Below are positions 1 through 9,903 of a stretch of DNA of 64,000 nucleotides, in pieces (position 1 is the first letter of the stretch; every line of letters begins with the position of its first letter). The translations under genes were made by a program, and so were the position numbers. The notes under the pieces are model-generated. The model had not been told where the DNA came from. It saw only the letters and a program-made list of their open reading frames with translations, and did no database searches. The DNA lies in the IMG/VR virus record IMGVR_UViG_3300033412_000476, positions 23,268-87,267 of that record. One strand, 5' to 3'. The DNA is from a virus (lineage: Duplodnaviria; Caudoviricetes).

Positions 1-477
1 CTGCGCGCTCGCGTACATGGCTGACTGGCTCGAGTAGCCCTTGTTGACCATCAGCGTGACGTGCCACTTGCGTGCGAGCGGTTCGAGTACACCCGCGAGC
101 GCGGCCTTCTCGACCCAGAGCTCGGCGTAGCAGCGCTGCCCCTGCCAGCGCGGCAGCCGGTACGATCGCACCGCGGCATCGACCAGATCTTCGAGGTTCG
201 AAAACTCGCTCCGCCTGTCGGGCTCACGGCCGCGGTCCTCGATCGCGTTCCAGTCGAGCATCCCCGCGAGCCGCGCCTTGCTGACGACGTTGCCGAGGTT
301 CTTGTAGCTCTTCTCGGTGTTGGGGATCAGATCGCGCGAGACGAACTGGTAGTACAGCTGGCGCAGCGTGAGCGTCAGCCCCTGCGCACGGTACGCCGCG
401 ATGATCTCGTTACACTTGTCGACGACCTCGAGCGTGCTGCCCCGCGGGTTCCAAGCGACGAAAGTCTCGCGTGCCAT
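1..477 (-). CDS. TOPRIM-domain (topoisomerase VI-A/Spo11/JetD-like) phage protein, 3' end runs off the window
   Basis: Not in the ORF track; I translated it from ATG 477: MARETFVAWN...LTLRQLYYQFVSRDLIPNTEKSYKNL...LDWNAIEDRGR...ELWVEKAAL...LMVNKGYSSQS. The ELWVEK and KGYSS motifs are typical of this family. The start overlaps the stop of 477..902. Confidence 0.7.
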   Translation of the reverse strand, partial: MARETFVAWNPRGSTLEVVDKCNEIIAAYRAQGLTLTLRQLYYQFVSRDLIPNTEKSYKNLGNVVSKARLAGMLDWNAIEDRGREPDRRSEFSNLEDLVDAAVRSYRLPRWQGQRCYAELWVEKAALAGVLEPLARKWHVTLMVNKGYSSQSAMYASAQ

Positions 478-902
478 CAGCCTTCAGCTTTCCCGCCCAT
501 GCCAGCGGCGAAGTCCGCGCGTTTGCGGATCAGATACCCGAAGCGCAACACGTCGTTGACCGGCGCGTCGGTGAAGTCCTTCATCTCGAGCGGGGCACCA
601 TGGCGACGCTCGAGACACCTCACGCAGAGGATGAACGGCGCGCCTTTCTCTCTGCCGGACTTTCGCAGAAGCGCGAGATAGGAAGGCATCGCTCGCGCGA
701 GCGCGCGTGAATGGATCTCTTGCTTGATCAGGTACACGCCTGGCACGGCGGCGTGCCACACGTGGTCATGCACGTTGAAGGCCCCACAGGGCCGCAAGCA
801 GTCGAAGCAGTCAAACCAGTTGCCAAGCTCGCGCACGCTGTCGAGGAAGCGCTCGATCGAATCGATCGTCGGCTTATCGAGGTCGATCACACGTCCGGTC
901 AT
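477..902 (-). CDS. hypothetical protein with CxxC motifs
   Basis: Stop/start coupled to neighbours; CFDC and CVRC pairs. Confidence 0.6.
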   Translation of the reverse strand: MTGRVIDLDKPTIDSIERFLDSVRELGNWFDCFDCLRPCGAFNVHDHVWHAAVPGVYLIKQEIHSRALARAMPSYLALLRKSGREKGAPFILCVRCLERRHGAPLEMKDFTDAPVNDVLRFGYLIRKRADFAAGMGGKAEG

Positions 903-905
903 CGA

Positions 906-1295
906 TCACTCCTCGCGCCAGTCGGCGTCGTTCCAAGGATTTTCGCCTTTGCGGATCGCAGCCCACTCCGCATCAGTTGGCGCGCGGAAGCTGCCGCGCG
1001 GCTCACTGACGTAACCCTCGTCGGGCCCGAGCGGGTGACTAGTGTTGAAGAACACGTAGCGGCCGACCCAGACTGAGATTCCGCCGGGTGCGTCGTCGAG
1101 CCCGAGATCGCTGAGCGTGGCCATGCTGTGCTCTTCGAGCTCGAGACGTACATGCGGACCGGCAGTGAAGAGCACGCAGCCTTCCCCGCGGCCGTTGCAC
1201 GCGATGACAGCTAGCGAATCACGCTTCCACGCGCCCGGCGGGTAGCCGTCCCAGGGCTCACCTTTGTCCCGCTCTTCGAGCTTCAGGTGCGGCAT
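906..1295 (-). CDS. hypothetical protein
   Basis: Probable ATG at 1295 overlapping the stop of the upstream MTase. Confidence 0.55.
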   Translation of the reverse strand: MPHLKLEERDKGEPWDGYPPGAWKRDSLAVIACNGRGEGCVLFTAGPHVRLELEEHSMATLSDLGLDDAPGGISVWVGRYVFFNTSHPLGPDEGYVSEPRGSFRAPTDAEWAAIRKGENPWNDADWREE

Positions 1296-2101
1296 CAGCG
1301 CACCACATCGAGCAGCGGTTTTTCGTCGAGCTTGAACAGCTCTAGAATGCCGGTGCGCACGTTGGTGCCGCTCGGCTTGAAGCTGCCCTCCGGCAGTTCG
1401 ATCCACACCCCGCCGAGGTGAATCACCGCCATGCGAAACGCCTTGATGGCCGCGCCTTCGCCGTAGAGCCAGCGCGGGCTCATCACCGAGACGAGCTTGC
1501 CGCCCGGCGCGAGCAGCTCGTACATGTGCGTGACGTGCGCGATGTCCTGCCGATCGCTGAACGGTGGGTTGGCGACGATGCGATCGTAGCCGCGGCGGTC
1601 GTCGAGATCAGCAAGCCGCAGCTGCAGGAAGTCCGCGGCGACTAGGCGCGTGCCTTCGCGGAAGCGCTGGCTCAACAGCGTGCGGTTCTCCGGATGCAGC
1701 TCGCAATAGTCAACGATTGCGCCCGCTGTGCGTAGTACGCTGACGATCGCGCCTTGGCCGGCGCTCGGTTCGAGCACGCGCATGCCGCGCTCGACTACGG
1801 CGAGCTCAACGAGCTGCACCGCGACGGCCGGCGGCGTCGGGTAGAACTGATAGAGCTTGCGCAGGTCGGTGACTGCGCCCGTTGCGATCGCGTCTTCGAC
1901 GACTTCGCGCGGATCGGAGTCGAAGACGTGCGCCTGCGCCTTGCGGCTCCACTTGCCGCCGAGTGCTTCGATGACTGCAGCAACCTGCAGGTAAAGCTTG
2001 CGGTCGAGCTGACCGCTCAGCTGCAGGTGCTTGCCGGCGACCGTCGCCGAACGCAGCACTTCGACGACGTCGGCGCGCAAGGTGATCTCTGTCTGAGCCA
2101 T
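1295..2101 (-). CDS. class I SAM-dependent (N6-adenine-type) DNA methyltransferase
   Basis: Motifs QFYPTP, VLEPSAGQG (motif I) and IVANPPF (motif IV); start MAQTEI at 2101. Confidence 0.85.
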   Translation of the reverse strand: MAQTEITLRADVVEVLRSATVAGKHLQLSGQLDRKLYLQVAAVIEALGGKWSRKAQAHVFDSDPREVVEDAIATGAVTDLRKLYQFYPTPPAVAVQLVELAVVERGMRVLEPSAGQGAIVSVLRTAGAIVDYCELHPENRTLLSQRFREGTRLVAADFLQLRLADLDDRRGYDRIVANPPFSDRQDIAHVTHMYELLAPGGKLVSVMSPRWLYGEGAAIKAFRMAVIHLGGVWIELPEGSFKPSGTNVRTGILELFKLDEKPLLDVVR

Positions 2102-2114
2102 CGATTGTTGCTCC

Positions 2115-2438
2115 TCAGCCTTTCTCTCGTGCAATGCGCTCGGCGAGCGCAGCGACGTCGTTCTGTAGCGTTGCGACGAAAGCGCGCTTTGCCGCTTGGT
2201 ACTCGGCTTCCGTCGCCACGTGTAGCTGCACGCCGGGATGCATCACGATCCCGAGCCAGATCGCACGTGCTCGCAAGTCATTGTGCTCAGGTGACGGCGC
2301 TTCATGCGGGCTGCCGGTCGCGCTGCCCTGCTCTGCCTCGCACCAGCGACGATAGGCGTATGCGATCATCACCGGGTCGCACCCGCGGTAGGTGTCGCCG
2401 TGCTTCTCGAGCTCAGGTGCTTTGTCTTCGCGGGCCAC
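2115..2438 (-). CDS. hypothetical protein
   Basis: Co-oriented ORF in a tightly packed operon. Confidence 0.55.
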   Translation of the reverse strand: MAREDKAPELEKHGDTYRGCDPVMIAYAYRRWCEAEQGSATGSPHEAPSPEHNDLRARAIWLGIVMHPGVQLHVATEAEYQAAKRAFVATLQNDVAALAERIAREKG

Positions 2439-2441
2439 CCT

Positions 2442-2822
2442 TTATTCGCCCTCCGAGTGCAGCAACTTGGTCAGCATCACCTTTTGCGCTGCGATGATCG
2501 CGTCGAGCAGCGCCGGCATAAGCGCAAGTGCGTGAACGCGGGTCTTGCGCGGGGCTTTGAGTAGTGGCGTTGTCGCGCTGTTCGCGCCGCCGCGCGTCAC
2601 GACGAGACACCAGGTACTTTCTGCTTTACCGAACCCGACGCGGTACCGTTCTCCGCCTAGATCGAGCGGGACATCGGCACTGAGACCGACGCCAGCCGTG
2701 CGCAGTGCATCCTCGAACTCCTCGAGCCGTTCGTTGACATCCTCTGAGAGATCGTTGATCTCGTCCGCATTCGACTTGATCGTCGCGAGTCTCCGCGCGA
2801 TGTCGGGATCGGCAATATGCAT
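2442..2822 (-). CDS. hypothetical protein, N-terminal coiled coil
   Basis: Likely start MHIADP at 2822; helical acidic N-terminus. Confidence 0.55.
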   Translation of the reverse strand: MHIADPDIARRLATIKSNADEINDLSEDVNERLEEFEDALRTAGVGLSADVPLDLGGERYRVGFGKAESTWCLVVTRGGANSATTPLLKAPRKTRVHALALMPALLDAIIAAQKVMLTKLLHSEGE

Positions 2823-2974
2823 TTGTCTCACGCTCCCTTGCGAGGACTCGAGGCTGACGCACGGTCGGTTGACGATGGCACGGAGCAAGCGCGGACCGCG
2901 GTTCATAACTCCGCGGAGGCAAACCACACTCGCTCTCTAATAGCCGGCCTTCCGTGCGTCAGCCTCCAACCCTC

Positions 2975-3755
2975 TCACTCCGAAATCAGTTTGTAGCGCA
3001 AGGTGAACCCTCGCACCGAAGCTTCAGATCTGCGCGCGGCGACGCTGCCATCTTCGAACACACGCGCGATGATCACAACGCGCTCACGCACCTTCGAATG
3101 CTTGCGGAACGGTCGACTTTCCAGCGCGAGCACCTTCACACGTCGTCCGTTGTCGCGAGCGTCAAGCGATTCCCAAATCTGGTTGACGGCGACGGCCATC
3201 ACTCGCCCTTGCACATGCGGACGAGCCGCAACGTCGGGTGTTCACCGTCATTGCGCGTATGTGGCAGCGCGAACGCGATCCGCTCGCCGGCAGCAATCGC
3301 CGCCGCGCAGAGCAGTGCGCTGAGCTCGGGATCGACCGCGTTGTGATGCACGAGCGCGCCCCACCGCTCCGCCGCGAGCAGCGCCGTCAGCGCTGAACGC
3401 AGCGAATGCGCCTCGAGCGCGACGAGCAGCCCCTCTGCCTGGAAGTGCTCGGGCAGCGCGCCCGGCAGAAGCCGGTAGTGCATCGCTCGCGGGCTGCGCA
3501 GCTGGTGCGGTGCGATGACCGGCTGGATTGCGATCCACAGCTTCTCGGTGAGCAGCTTCATCACAGGTCTCGCGAGTCGTCACGCAAGAGCACGACGTAG
3601 CCGTCCCGGTCGACGTTGACGCCGCTGCAAGGACCCTGGCAGTCGCAGCCCTCAGTCAGCACGAACGCGTCGGGCGTCGTTTCCTGCAACTTCTGTAGCT
3701 GCGCGATCAGATCACCGAGCCGAATCGGTTTGAGCCTGGGTTTGTCGGTAGCCAT
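2975..3755 (-). CDS. three small coupled hypothetical genes (2975..3199, 3199..3564, 3561..3755)
   Basis: Overlapping stop/start codons, same strand. Confidence 0.5.
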
Positions 3756-4471
3756 CACAGAAATCCCTTCGGTGGGTACACCTTGCCAAGAGCGTCGAAG
3801 CCGTGGTGTTTCTCCGCGATCGAGTCTAGATGGCGCCCGAGGTCGCGCCCGTAGCGCTCGGCGCGCTCGCTACGAATCGAACGCGCGATCGCTGCCCCGA
3901 GGTTGGGCTCGCGCGCAGGCGCGGCAGCAGCCTCCGCGCGACCGTTGCACGCTGGGTAGCGGCTGCAGCCCTTGAAGGGGCCGCTGCGCCCGGTGCGCTC
4001 GACCTGGGGTGCGCCGCAGGCCGGGCAGCGGGGGCCGACCGTGGCGGCCTTGAACGCCTCACGGATTACGCCGGTGAGTCGCTCGAGGAAAGCGGCCTGG
4101 CGCTGCGCTTCTCCGCCCGCAGGCGCCGTCCGGAAGACGCGGACCGCCTGACAGAGCGGCTTGAATCCGAAGCCGTCCAAGCGGCGGTAGGCGCCTGCCG
4201 CGAGCGGTGCCGGCAAGGGCGCCGTATCAGCGATGACGCCCCAGAAGATGCGGATTGCGTCGGCGCCACAGTCGCGCAGCTGCGCGTCGGTTGAAATCGA
4301 CGTAAAGACGCGCACTTCGGTGCGCCTGCGCGCTGGCCGCAGCAGGGCCACAATCTCGTTTCCGCTGCTGCAGAGTAGGTAGCCCCCGCCCGACTGCTTG
4401 ACGGCCGCGCCGATATTGTCGAGCGCGCCAAGCAGCGCCGCGGGCGGCACGTTGTAGAAGCGCGGGCTCAT
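3755..4471 (-). CDS. protein with C-terminal topoisomerase-type C4 zinc ribbon
   Basis: CPACGAPQVERTGRSGPFKGCSRYPAC matches the zf-C4_Topoisom pattern; start MSPRFY at 4471. Confidence 0.7.
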   Translation of the reverse strand: MSPRFYNVPPAALLGALDNIGAAVKQSGGGYLLCSSGNEIVALLRPARRRTEVRVFTSISTDAQLRDCGADAIRIFWGVIADTAPLPAPLAAGAYRRLDGFGFKPLCQAVRVFRTAPAGGEAQRQAAFLERLTGVIREAFKAATVGPRCPACGAPQVERTGRSGPFKGCSRYPACNGRAEAAAAPAREPNLGAAIARSIRSERAERYGRDLGRHLDSIAEKHHGFDALGKVYPPKGFL

Positions 4472-4620
4472 GACCGCGAACCGCGCTTGTAGATACTTGC
4501 GCTCGCGGCGAGTCCGCACACAACGCCCAAGGCAACGGCGCCCGGCGTGCCGAGATGCCACGCCGCCGTCAGCACGAACGCCGCCGCGCAGGCGATCACG
4601 AGAGGTAGATATCGAAGCAC
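4468..4620 (-). CDS. 50-aa membrane protein
   Basis: Not in the ORF track; GTG start after GGAGAG RBS gives MLRYLPLVIACAAAFVLTAAWHLGTPGAVALGVVCGLAASASIYKRGSRS. Confidence 0.55.
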   Translation of the reverse strand: MLRYLPLVIACAAAFVLTAAWHLGTPGAVALGVVCGLAASASIYKRGSRS

Positions 4621-4636
4621 GTTGCTCTCCTACAGG

Positions 4637-4693
4637 GCTCGGGTTCCAGCCGAGCGTCGCACAACCAGACGTTGCCTCAACCGGGCATATTCT
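4637..4693 (-). promoter_or_regulatory. early cassette: AGAAT-N17-CGTCTGG plus GGAA-loop hairpin (variant copy)
   Basis: Reverse strand: gaatatgcccggttgaggcaacgtctgg...gctcggCTGGAACccgagc. Confidence 0.55.
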
Positions 4694-5183
4694 TCAAGAC
4701 CGGTCGCACGATGAAGCCGTACGCGTCGAGCGCTGCAGCTTCACTCGCGGTCACACGGAAGACTTCGCCTGCGCGCAGCTGGGCAACGATCCACATCGCG
4801 GGCTCAATGCCGAGCCCGCTGCAAACCCGCAGCAGTGTCGCGACGTAAGCTTCGTGTTGCTCGCGGTCGAGCGGCAGCGCGACGACCTCCCAAGTGCACT
4901 CGATTACCGGCGGGCGTTTCGCAAACCAGCGCCCGAGCTCCGCTGCACTCGGCTGCCTGGGATTTGTCGTGAGGGCGATGAGCCGCTCGCGGGCTTCCGC
5001 TTCTAGCGCGCGGTTCTTCTCGTCGAGCGCTTCTAGCAGCGCATCCGCGCACGCGACCGCGGTACGTTCAACGCTGTCGTCTGCTGAGCCCGTCGCGTGA
5101 CCCAAGATGTATGGTTGCCGCACCGTCGGATCCTCGAGCAGTAGCTTGAAGATCTCGAGCGCGAAGCGTTCACGTGTTTCCAT
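4677..5183 (-). CDS. hypothetical protein
   Basis: METRERF start at 5183 after GGAAGG. Confidence 0.55.
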   Translation of the reverse strand: METRERFALEIFKLLLEDPTVRQPYILGHATGSADDSVERTAVACADALLEALDEKNRALEAEARERLIALTTNPRQPSAAELGRWFAKRPPVIECTWEVVALPLDREQHEAYVATLLRVCSGLGIEPAMWIVAQLRAGEVFRVTASEAAALDAYGFIVRPVLKNMPG

Positions 5184-5190
5184 CAGAGCG

Positions 5191-5583
5191 CTACCTTCCT
5201 GGTTCCATGCGAGCATAGTAGTGGCCATCGGGGAGAATCGAGACCAGGCGAATCAGACATGCACGAGACAGGATGCGCGCGGTCCTGATCTGTTGACCTC
5301 GTACCGGCGCAGATGCTTTCGGATCAGCCGGCAACGACTGAAGTAACGCCGTCTGTGCAGGCGTGAGCCTAGGCGCTGTACCGCGCGAACGCCGCGCGCT
5401 GTACTGCGGGCTTTGACCCCGCAGCTTGTTGGCGAGCGCGCGGGCTGCGCCGAGCGTCAAGCCCCCGCGGACGTGCAGTGCGCCGATGACGTCGTCGTGG
5501 CTCAGCGACTCGAGCGCGGCGAGTATCGCGCCAACGTCCTTTCGATTCAGTGGGATCACTTCGTTGGGTGTTTGCGAGCTCAC
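5191..5583 (-). CDS. hypothetical protein, possible C-terminal winged-helix
   Basis: GTG at 5583 overlaps helicase stop; LTPAQTALLQSL...RILSRACLI pattern. Confidence 0.4.
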   Translation of the reverse strand: MSSQTPNEVIPLNRKDVGAILAALESLSHDDVIGALHVRGGLTLGAARALANKLRGQSPQYSARRSRGTAPRLTPAQTALLQSLPADPKASAPVRGQQIRTARILSRACLIRLVSILPDGHYYARMEPGR

Positions 5584-7133
5584 TTCACGTCCCCGTCGAG
5601 CCACACCAGCTCATGCTTGGCGCGCGTGATGGCGACGTAGCGGATGTTCTCTTCTTCGGTGCCTTCACGCCAGGTCGTGGTCTCGCCGCGGCTCTTGCAG
5701 AAGGTCGCCGAGAGCAGCCACACGCGGCCAGCCTCGAGCCCCTTGGCGCGGTGGACGGTCGACAGCATGATCACGCTGCTGACGTCGTCGCCGGTGAAGA
5801 GCGTGTCAAAGCGCGCGTACAGCTCCGCGAAGCTGTAGATGCCCTCGACCAAGGCCGTGATGACCGCGCGGTTGTCTCCTGCGATCTCGATGGCGGTCTC
5901 GCCGGTGCTCGGGTCGATCTCGCCGCGCTCGACGCGCTTGTTGATGACTCGGATCTCAGCGTCGAGCTGTCGGTCGAGCTCCGCGAGCAACCCATCGATG
6001 TTGCGCACGCCCGAGCGCTCCACACTCTCGACCTGCTTGCGCAAGCCTTGGCTGAGGTCACGGCCGCGGATGCGCGCGGCCTTGCCGTTCTTGAGCAGCG
6101 TGAGCGCTGCAGGCACGAGCGGGGCGTTGGTACGGCTGAGCACGAAATCGCCCGGACCAGCTTCGCGCACGAGCGTGTCGCGTACGTCGAGTGCGTGGCG
6201 CACGATGCCGACCGGCGCGGTCGCCGCTGCAACGAAGTCGAGGACCAACTTCACAGCCTCGGCCACGACTGCTTGCGGGCAGCGATAGGTGGTCTTCAGG
6301 CCCAGCTCGACAGCTTGGAGCGAGCCCTTCATGCGATCGAGTGCGCTCGCGTCCGCCCCGCGCCAGCTGTAGAGACACTGCCTGTCGTCGCCGATCACGC
6401 ACACTCGGCCCTCCGGCCGCGTCGCCTTGGTTGCCAGCTCGAGCTGTGCCGCGGACATGTCCTGCGCTTCGTCAACGCACACGAGGTCATAGCGGCCGAA
6501 CACCATCCCGTGCACGAGCGGCAGGAAGATCATGTCCGAGAAGTCGATCGTGTCGGTCCGGTCGGCGGCGATCTCGGCAGCATCGAGCGCCCACTGCGCG
6601 ACTGCGCCGTCAGTCCAGCCCCGATCTTCGTCGAAGTCCTCGCTCGGCAGCAGGTGACCGTAATCGAACGCCATCTGCGTGACGGTGTCCCATGCGCCGT
6701 CGTCAGCGTACGCGCGGCCCTTGTCGGTGTCCCAGTACACCAGGTGTGGCTTGATCTCGCGGATCTTGGTGCACAGCTCGGCAACGCAGCGCAGGACCGA
6801 CTGAGGGGCGTTCTTGGGCACTACGGCCTTGGCCAAGGACCACTTGCGGCGGTTGTCGACGTTGAGCTTGGGCCACGCGCGCCGCAGGTACGAGAACCCC
6901 AGGCCGTGCAGCGTCTTAGCCTCGGCGCGCGGGTTGGTCAGCCGCGACTGCAGCTCATCGGCGATGATCTTGTTGAACGCCGCGAGCAAGATCCGGCGCT
7001 CGGGCGCACGCGAAATCCCCTCGATGATCGTCGTCGTCTTGCCCGTGCCAGCGCGAGCGCGAATCACCAGGTTGCCCTTGCCCTCGGCAAACCAGCGGAA
7101 GATGTCGTTTTGCTCGGGGCTCCAAGTCTTCAC
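5580..7133 (-). CDS. superfamily 1 UvrD/Rep-like helicase
   Basis: Walker A ARAGTGKTT, VDEAQD, GDDRQCLYSWRGA, TYRCP, STVHRAKGLEA, YVAITRAK; likely GTG start at 7133 after GAGGGAG. Confidence 0.92.
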   Translation of the reverse strand: MKTWSPEQNDIFRWFAEGKGNLVIRARAGTGKTTTIIEGISRAPERRILLAAFNKIIADELQSRLTNPRAEAKTLHGLGFSYLRRAWPKLNVDNRRKWSLAKAVVPKNAPQSVLRCVAELCTKIREIKPHLVYWDTDKGRAYADDGAWDTVTQMAFDYGHLLPSEDFDEDRGWTDGAVAQWALDAAEIAADRTDTIDFSDMIFLPLVHGMVFGRYDLVCVDEAQDMSAAQLELATKATRPEGRVCVIGDDRQCLYSWRGADASALDRMKGSLQAVELGLKTTYRCPQAVVAEAVKLVLDFVAAATAPVGIVRHALDVRDTLVREAGPGDFVLSRTNAPLVPAALTLLKNGKAARIRGRDLSQGLRKQVESVERSGVRNIDGLLAELDRQLDAEIRVINKRVERGEIDPSTGETAIEIAGDNRAVITALVEGIYSFAELYARFDTLFTGDDVSSVIMLSTVHRAKGLEAGRVWLLSATFCKSRGETTTWREGTEEENIRYVAITRAKHELVWLDGDVK

Positions 7134-7183
7134 GGCTGCATACTCCCTCTGTTCAGGCTGCGGTGCCTGTTGCGTTGCCCTTC

Positions 7184-7212
7184 TTAGACGAATCCTCGCC
7201 ACGGCTATTCAC
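7184..7212 (-). promoter_or_regulatory. early cassette promoter GTGAAT-N16-CGTCTAA upstream of helicase
   Basis: Exact motif copy, no hairpin. Confidence 0.65.
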
Positions 7213-7218
7213 TCGCTT

Positions 7219-7751
7219 TCACGGAAGCAGACAGTAGCTTGCGCGGCCGACGGCGATCGCGAGCGTTGCACCGTAGAAGTCGCGGCCGTCATCGCCGACG
7301 CGCACGACCCACACCCATTCGAGCGCGACCCCGAGCGGTTCGAGCGCGACAGCCTTGTGCTGCTCTCGCGAGATCGAGACTGTGTGATACGCCTGCGCCA
7401 AGCGCTCGATCTCAGCCTGCACTTCGGCGGCGCGGTGCAGCGTCTTCACGGCAACGCTCGGAAGGTCGACCCGACCAGTGGCACGGCGATGTGTTCGCCG
7501 CGTGACTCGAGTGACCAGTCCGGATAGAGCGCCACGCAGCCGGGCTCGGGCTCGAACGCGACGCTACCGATTGCCGCCCCGCGCTCAGCTCGACGCTGCA
7601 GCGCGTCGATTCGAGCCTGCGCAATGTCGGCCCGCTTGCGCGGCGAAAGGTGCGCTGTGCTGTTACCGATCTCGCCGCCGCGCCCTTGGATCGGCCCGAC
7701 CAGCACACGACCATCCGCCAACTTCACGCGAAACCGCACTACGCCTTCCAT
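7219..7751 (-). CDS. two small hypothetical genes (7219..7449, 7446..7751)
   Basis: Coupled ORFs; RBS AGGAGG before ATG 7751. Confidence 0.5.
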
Positions 7752-7776
7752 TCCGATCCTCCTACAGCTCGCCCGC

Positions 7777-7804
7777 TTAGACGAAAACTGTTTTCGGCGA
7801 TTCA
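7777..7804 (-). promoter_or_regulatory. early cassette promoter TGAAT-N16-CGTCTAA
   Basis: Exact motif; TGA of the motif is the stop of 7802..7993. Confidence 0.65.
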
Positions 7805-7998
7805 ACGCTCCGCGGCGTCGACCTCCAAGATCGTGAAGACCACCGCGCGCAGCCGAGCGTATGTCAGCTCGTCGCCCGGCTTGGATGCACGCGCACCCAT
7901 TCGGAAGAGCCGACCGAGCGCCATCCGCATCAACACGGCGCGCTCGTCCTTGCTCAGCGAGGCGATCGCCTCCGCTTCTGCAGGTAGGCTCATGATCT

Positions 7999-8388
7999 TC
8001 AGGCCCCCCAGATCAAGCCGTCGTCACCCACATACAGGTGATACTCGTGGAACGCTTTGCATGCATCGGTGAGCGTTGTTGCGGCGGGCTCCGACCAATC
8101 GCCATCCCAGAACCCCGCGCCGTGGCCGTTGCGCGTCAGCCAAAAGTCGTGGCCGGCTTGCTCGTCCTCAGAGTGCTCGCTCACGCGGGCCCACTGACCG
8201 GACCACGTCGAGCGCTGCGCTTCGAAGAAGGCTTTGCAGTCCGCTTCGAGCTTCGCGCGAGTCTCGGGCGCGAGATCTTCCGGGCCGTAGTTGTCGTCGA
8301 TCGGATCGCCGCCGTCGTCGCGACTCTCGTCGTTGCTCGACCACAGGGCGCACGTGATGTACGCCCGCGTGAAGTCCGCGAGGCTCAC
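7999..8388 (-). CDS. conserved phage/plasmid hypothetical protein
   Basis: FTRAYITCALWSS and AGHDFWLTRNGHGAGFWD motifs recalled from a widespread MGE family. Confidence 0.65.
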   Translation of the reverse strand: MSLADFTRAYITCALWSSNDESRDDGGDPIDDNYGPEDLAPETRAKLEADCKAFFEAQRSTWSGQWARVSEHSEDEQAGHDFWLTRNGHGAGFWDGDWSEPAATTLTDACKAFHEYHLYVGDDGLIWGA

Positions 8389-8618
8389 AACGACACCTCG
8401 CGGTCAAAGGTGACCTGCAGGTTGAACACGCCGTGCACGTCGTGCCGCAGGGGCACGAGCGCGTAGATCCGCTGCGCACGTAGCGCGAAGCTGCACCGGT
8501 GCACGACCATGTCCGGGCTGCGTCGGCAGCTCTTCAGCAGCCCTTGCGCCGCTGCGCGATCGATCGGCTTGCCGTTCCAGGGCAAGCCCGTGCCAAAGAG
8601 AACGTATTGATAGCCCAC
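8385..8618 (-). CDS. hypothetical protein
   Basis: GTG at 8618 after cassette hairpin and AGGAG. Confidence 0.5.
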   Translation of the reverse strand: MGYQYVLFGTGLPWNGKPIDRAAAQGLLKSCRRSPDMVVHRCSFALRAQRIYALVPLRHDVHGVFNLQVTFDREVSL

Positions 8619-8633
8619 GTTGCTTGTCTCCTG

Positions 8634-8688
8634 CCCCGGGTTCCAGCCGGGGTTGCATCTTAGACGTTGTCTGCTTGCTCTGCATTCA
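8634..8688 (-). promoter_or_regulatory. early cassette TGAAT-N17-CGTCTAA plus hairpin ccccggCTGGAACccgggg
   Basis: Direct reading of reverse strand. Confidence 0.7.
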
Positions 8689-9835
8689 TCCATTCGAGCA
8701 GCGAAACATGCCGATCGACGATCTTCACAGTGAAGGTGTGACCCGTCCGCGCAAGCGACACGCACAGCGCCGAGAAGTCCGTATCGGTGTGGTGCGCATG
8801 CACGTACGGCTCACCCTTCGCGATACGCGCCGAGCCAAGGCGTGCGTTGTGACCACAGCGCAAGCGCACCACCTCGACAACTACGGCGCTCACGGTGCCT
8901 CGACTGCGCGCACGTCTGCGACGTCGTAGTTGACCTCGCAGCCCGCGAAAACGCCGGAGTCGATCTTCAGGACCGCGAGCACCCCGCGGCCATAGTCGTG
9001 ATACCGCACGAATGTGTAGCCTTTGAACCAGTCCGCGCAGCGGTAGGCCCACAGCGTGCGCACTTCGACCGGCGCACCGGGTTTCAGATCGAGTTGCGTG
9101 TTCATCGCGACACCGCGTCTGCAGGCACGTAGGCGTAGCGGTGTGCGAGGTCGTGGCGACCGAACGAGTCCGGGCCGGCGTTCCACTCAGGCAGGAACCG
9201 CTCGGGGTTCCTGACGGCATACAGCGGCTTGCCCATGCCGTCGGGGACGACGTCCAGCTCGGTCCCCGCGGGGACGTCGATCACCGTCGAGCGCGTGATC
9301 GTGAGCCGTAGTGCTCGGTTGGTGACTGGCATGTTCCTACCTCAGCCCTTTCCAGTGTTGGATCTGAAGATCTTTTGCGTACCGCTCGGTATCGGCGACA
9401 CTCACCCAATGCCAGGGTGCGCCCGCACAGAGTCGAAACTGCAGCGCGACACCTAGCTCAACGCCAACACGTGCGTCTGTGTTCAGCACGTCGCGCAGAG
9501 CTTGCATTGCGCCGAGCAACGTTCGATGTGGTCGGCTGCTAGCGGGCCAGCCTCTGGGGTTGTCAGCGTGCACGGGGCCGCCGTCGCTTACGTATCTGAT
9601 CCGCCAAGTGCCCACGGTGCTACCTCACGCCCGGCGGGAAGATCTCGGCGAACGCTTCCGCCTCGTCGTCGAAGTTGAAGTGACCCCATTCGCAGCGCGC
9701 TTTGCGGACAACCGCTGCGCGGTCAGCACCCTTGATCGTGCTGTACGGGCAGCGCGCAACCCAGGTGCCGTCAGGCGCTTGCGTCAAGCTGTAGTTGGTG
9801 CGGATGTACCGCTGCCGTTCGTTCGGCGTTGACAC
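8660..9835 (-). CDS. five small hypothetical genes (8660..8893, 8890..9105, 9102..9332, 9337..9615, 9620..9835)
   Basis: Contiguous co-oriented short ORFs with overlapping stop/start codons. Confidence 0.5.
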
Positions 9836-9849
9836 GTTGCCTCCGTTCT

Positions 9850-9903
9850 CGCGGGTTCCGCCGCGTTGTGCTGATTAGACGTTGCTCGTGCTCGAGGGAT
9901 TCA
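9850..9903 (-). promoter_or_regulatory. early cassette TGAAT-N17-CGTCTAA plus hairpin cgcggCGGAACccgcg
   Basis: Direct reading of reverse strand. Confidence 0.7.

Noticed and set aside
61-681. Plus-strand ORF 61..681 and other long antisense ORFs (5550..7187, 28728..29834, 31906..33096, 43082..43858, 52950..53987)
   Set aside because: Shadow frames of well-supported opposite-strand genes, expected in GC-rich DNA; no motifs or RBS
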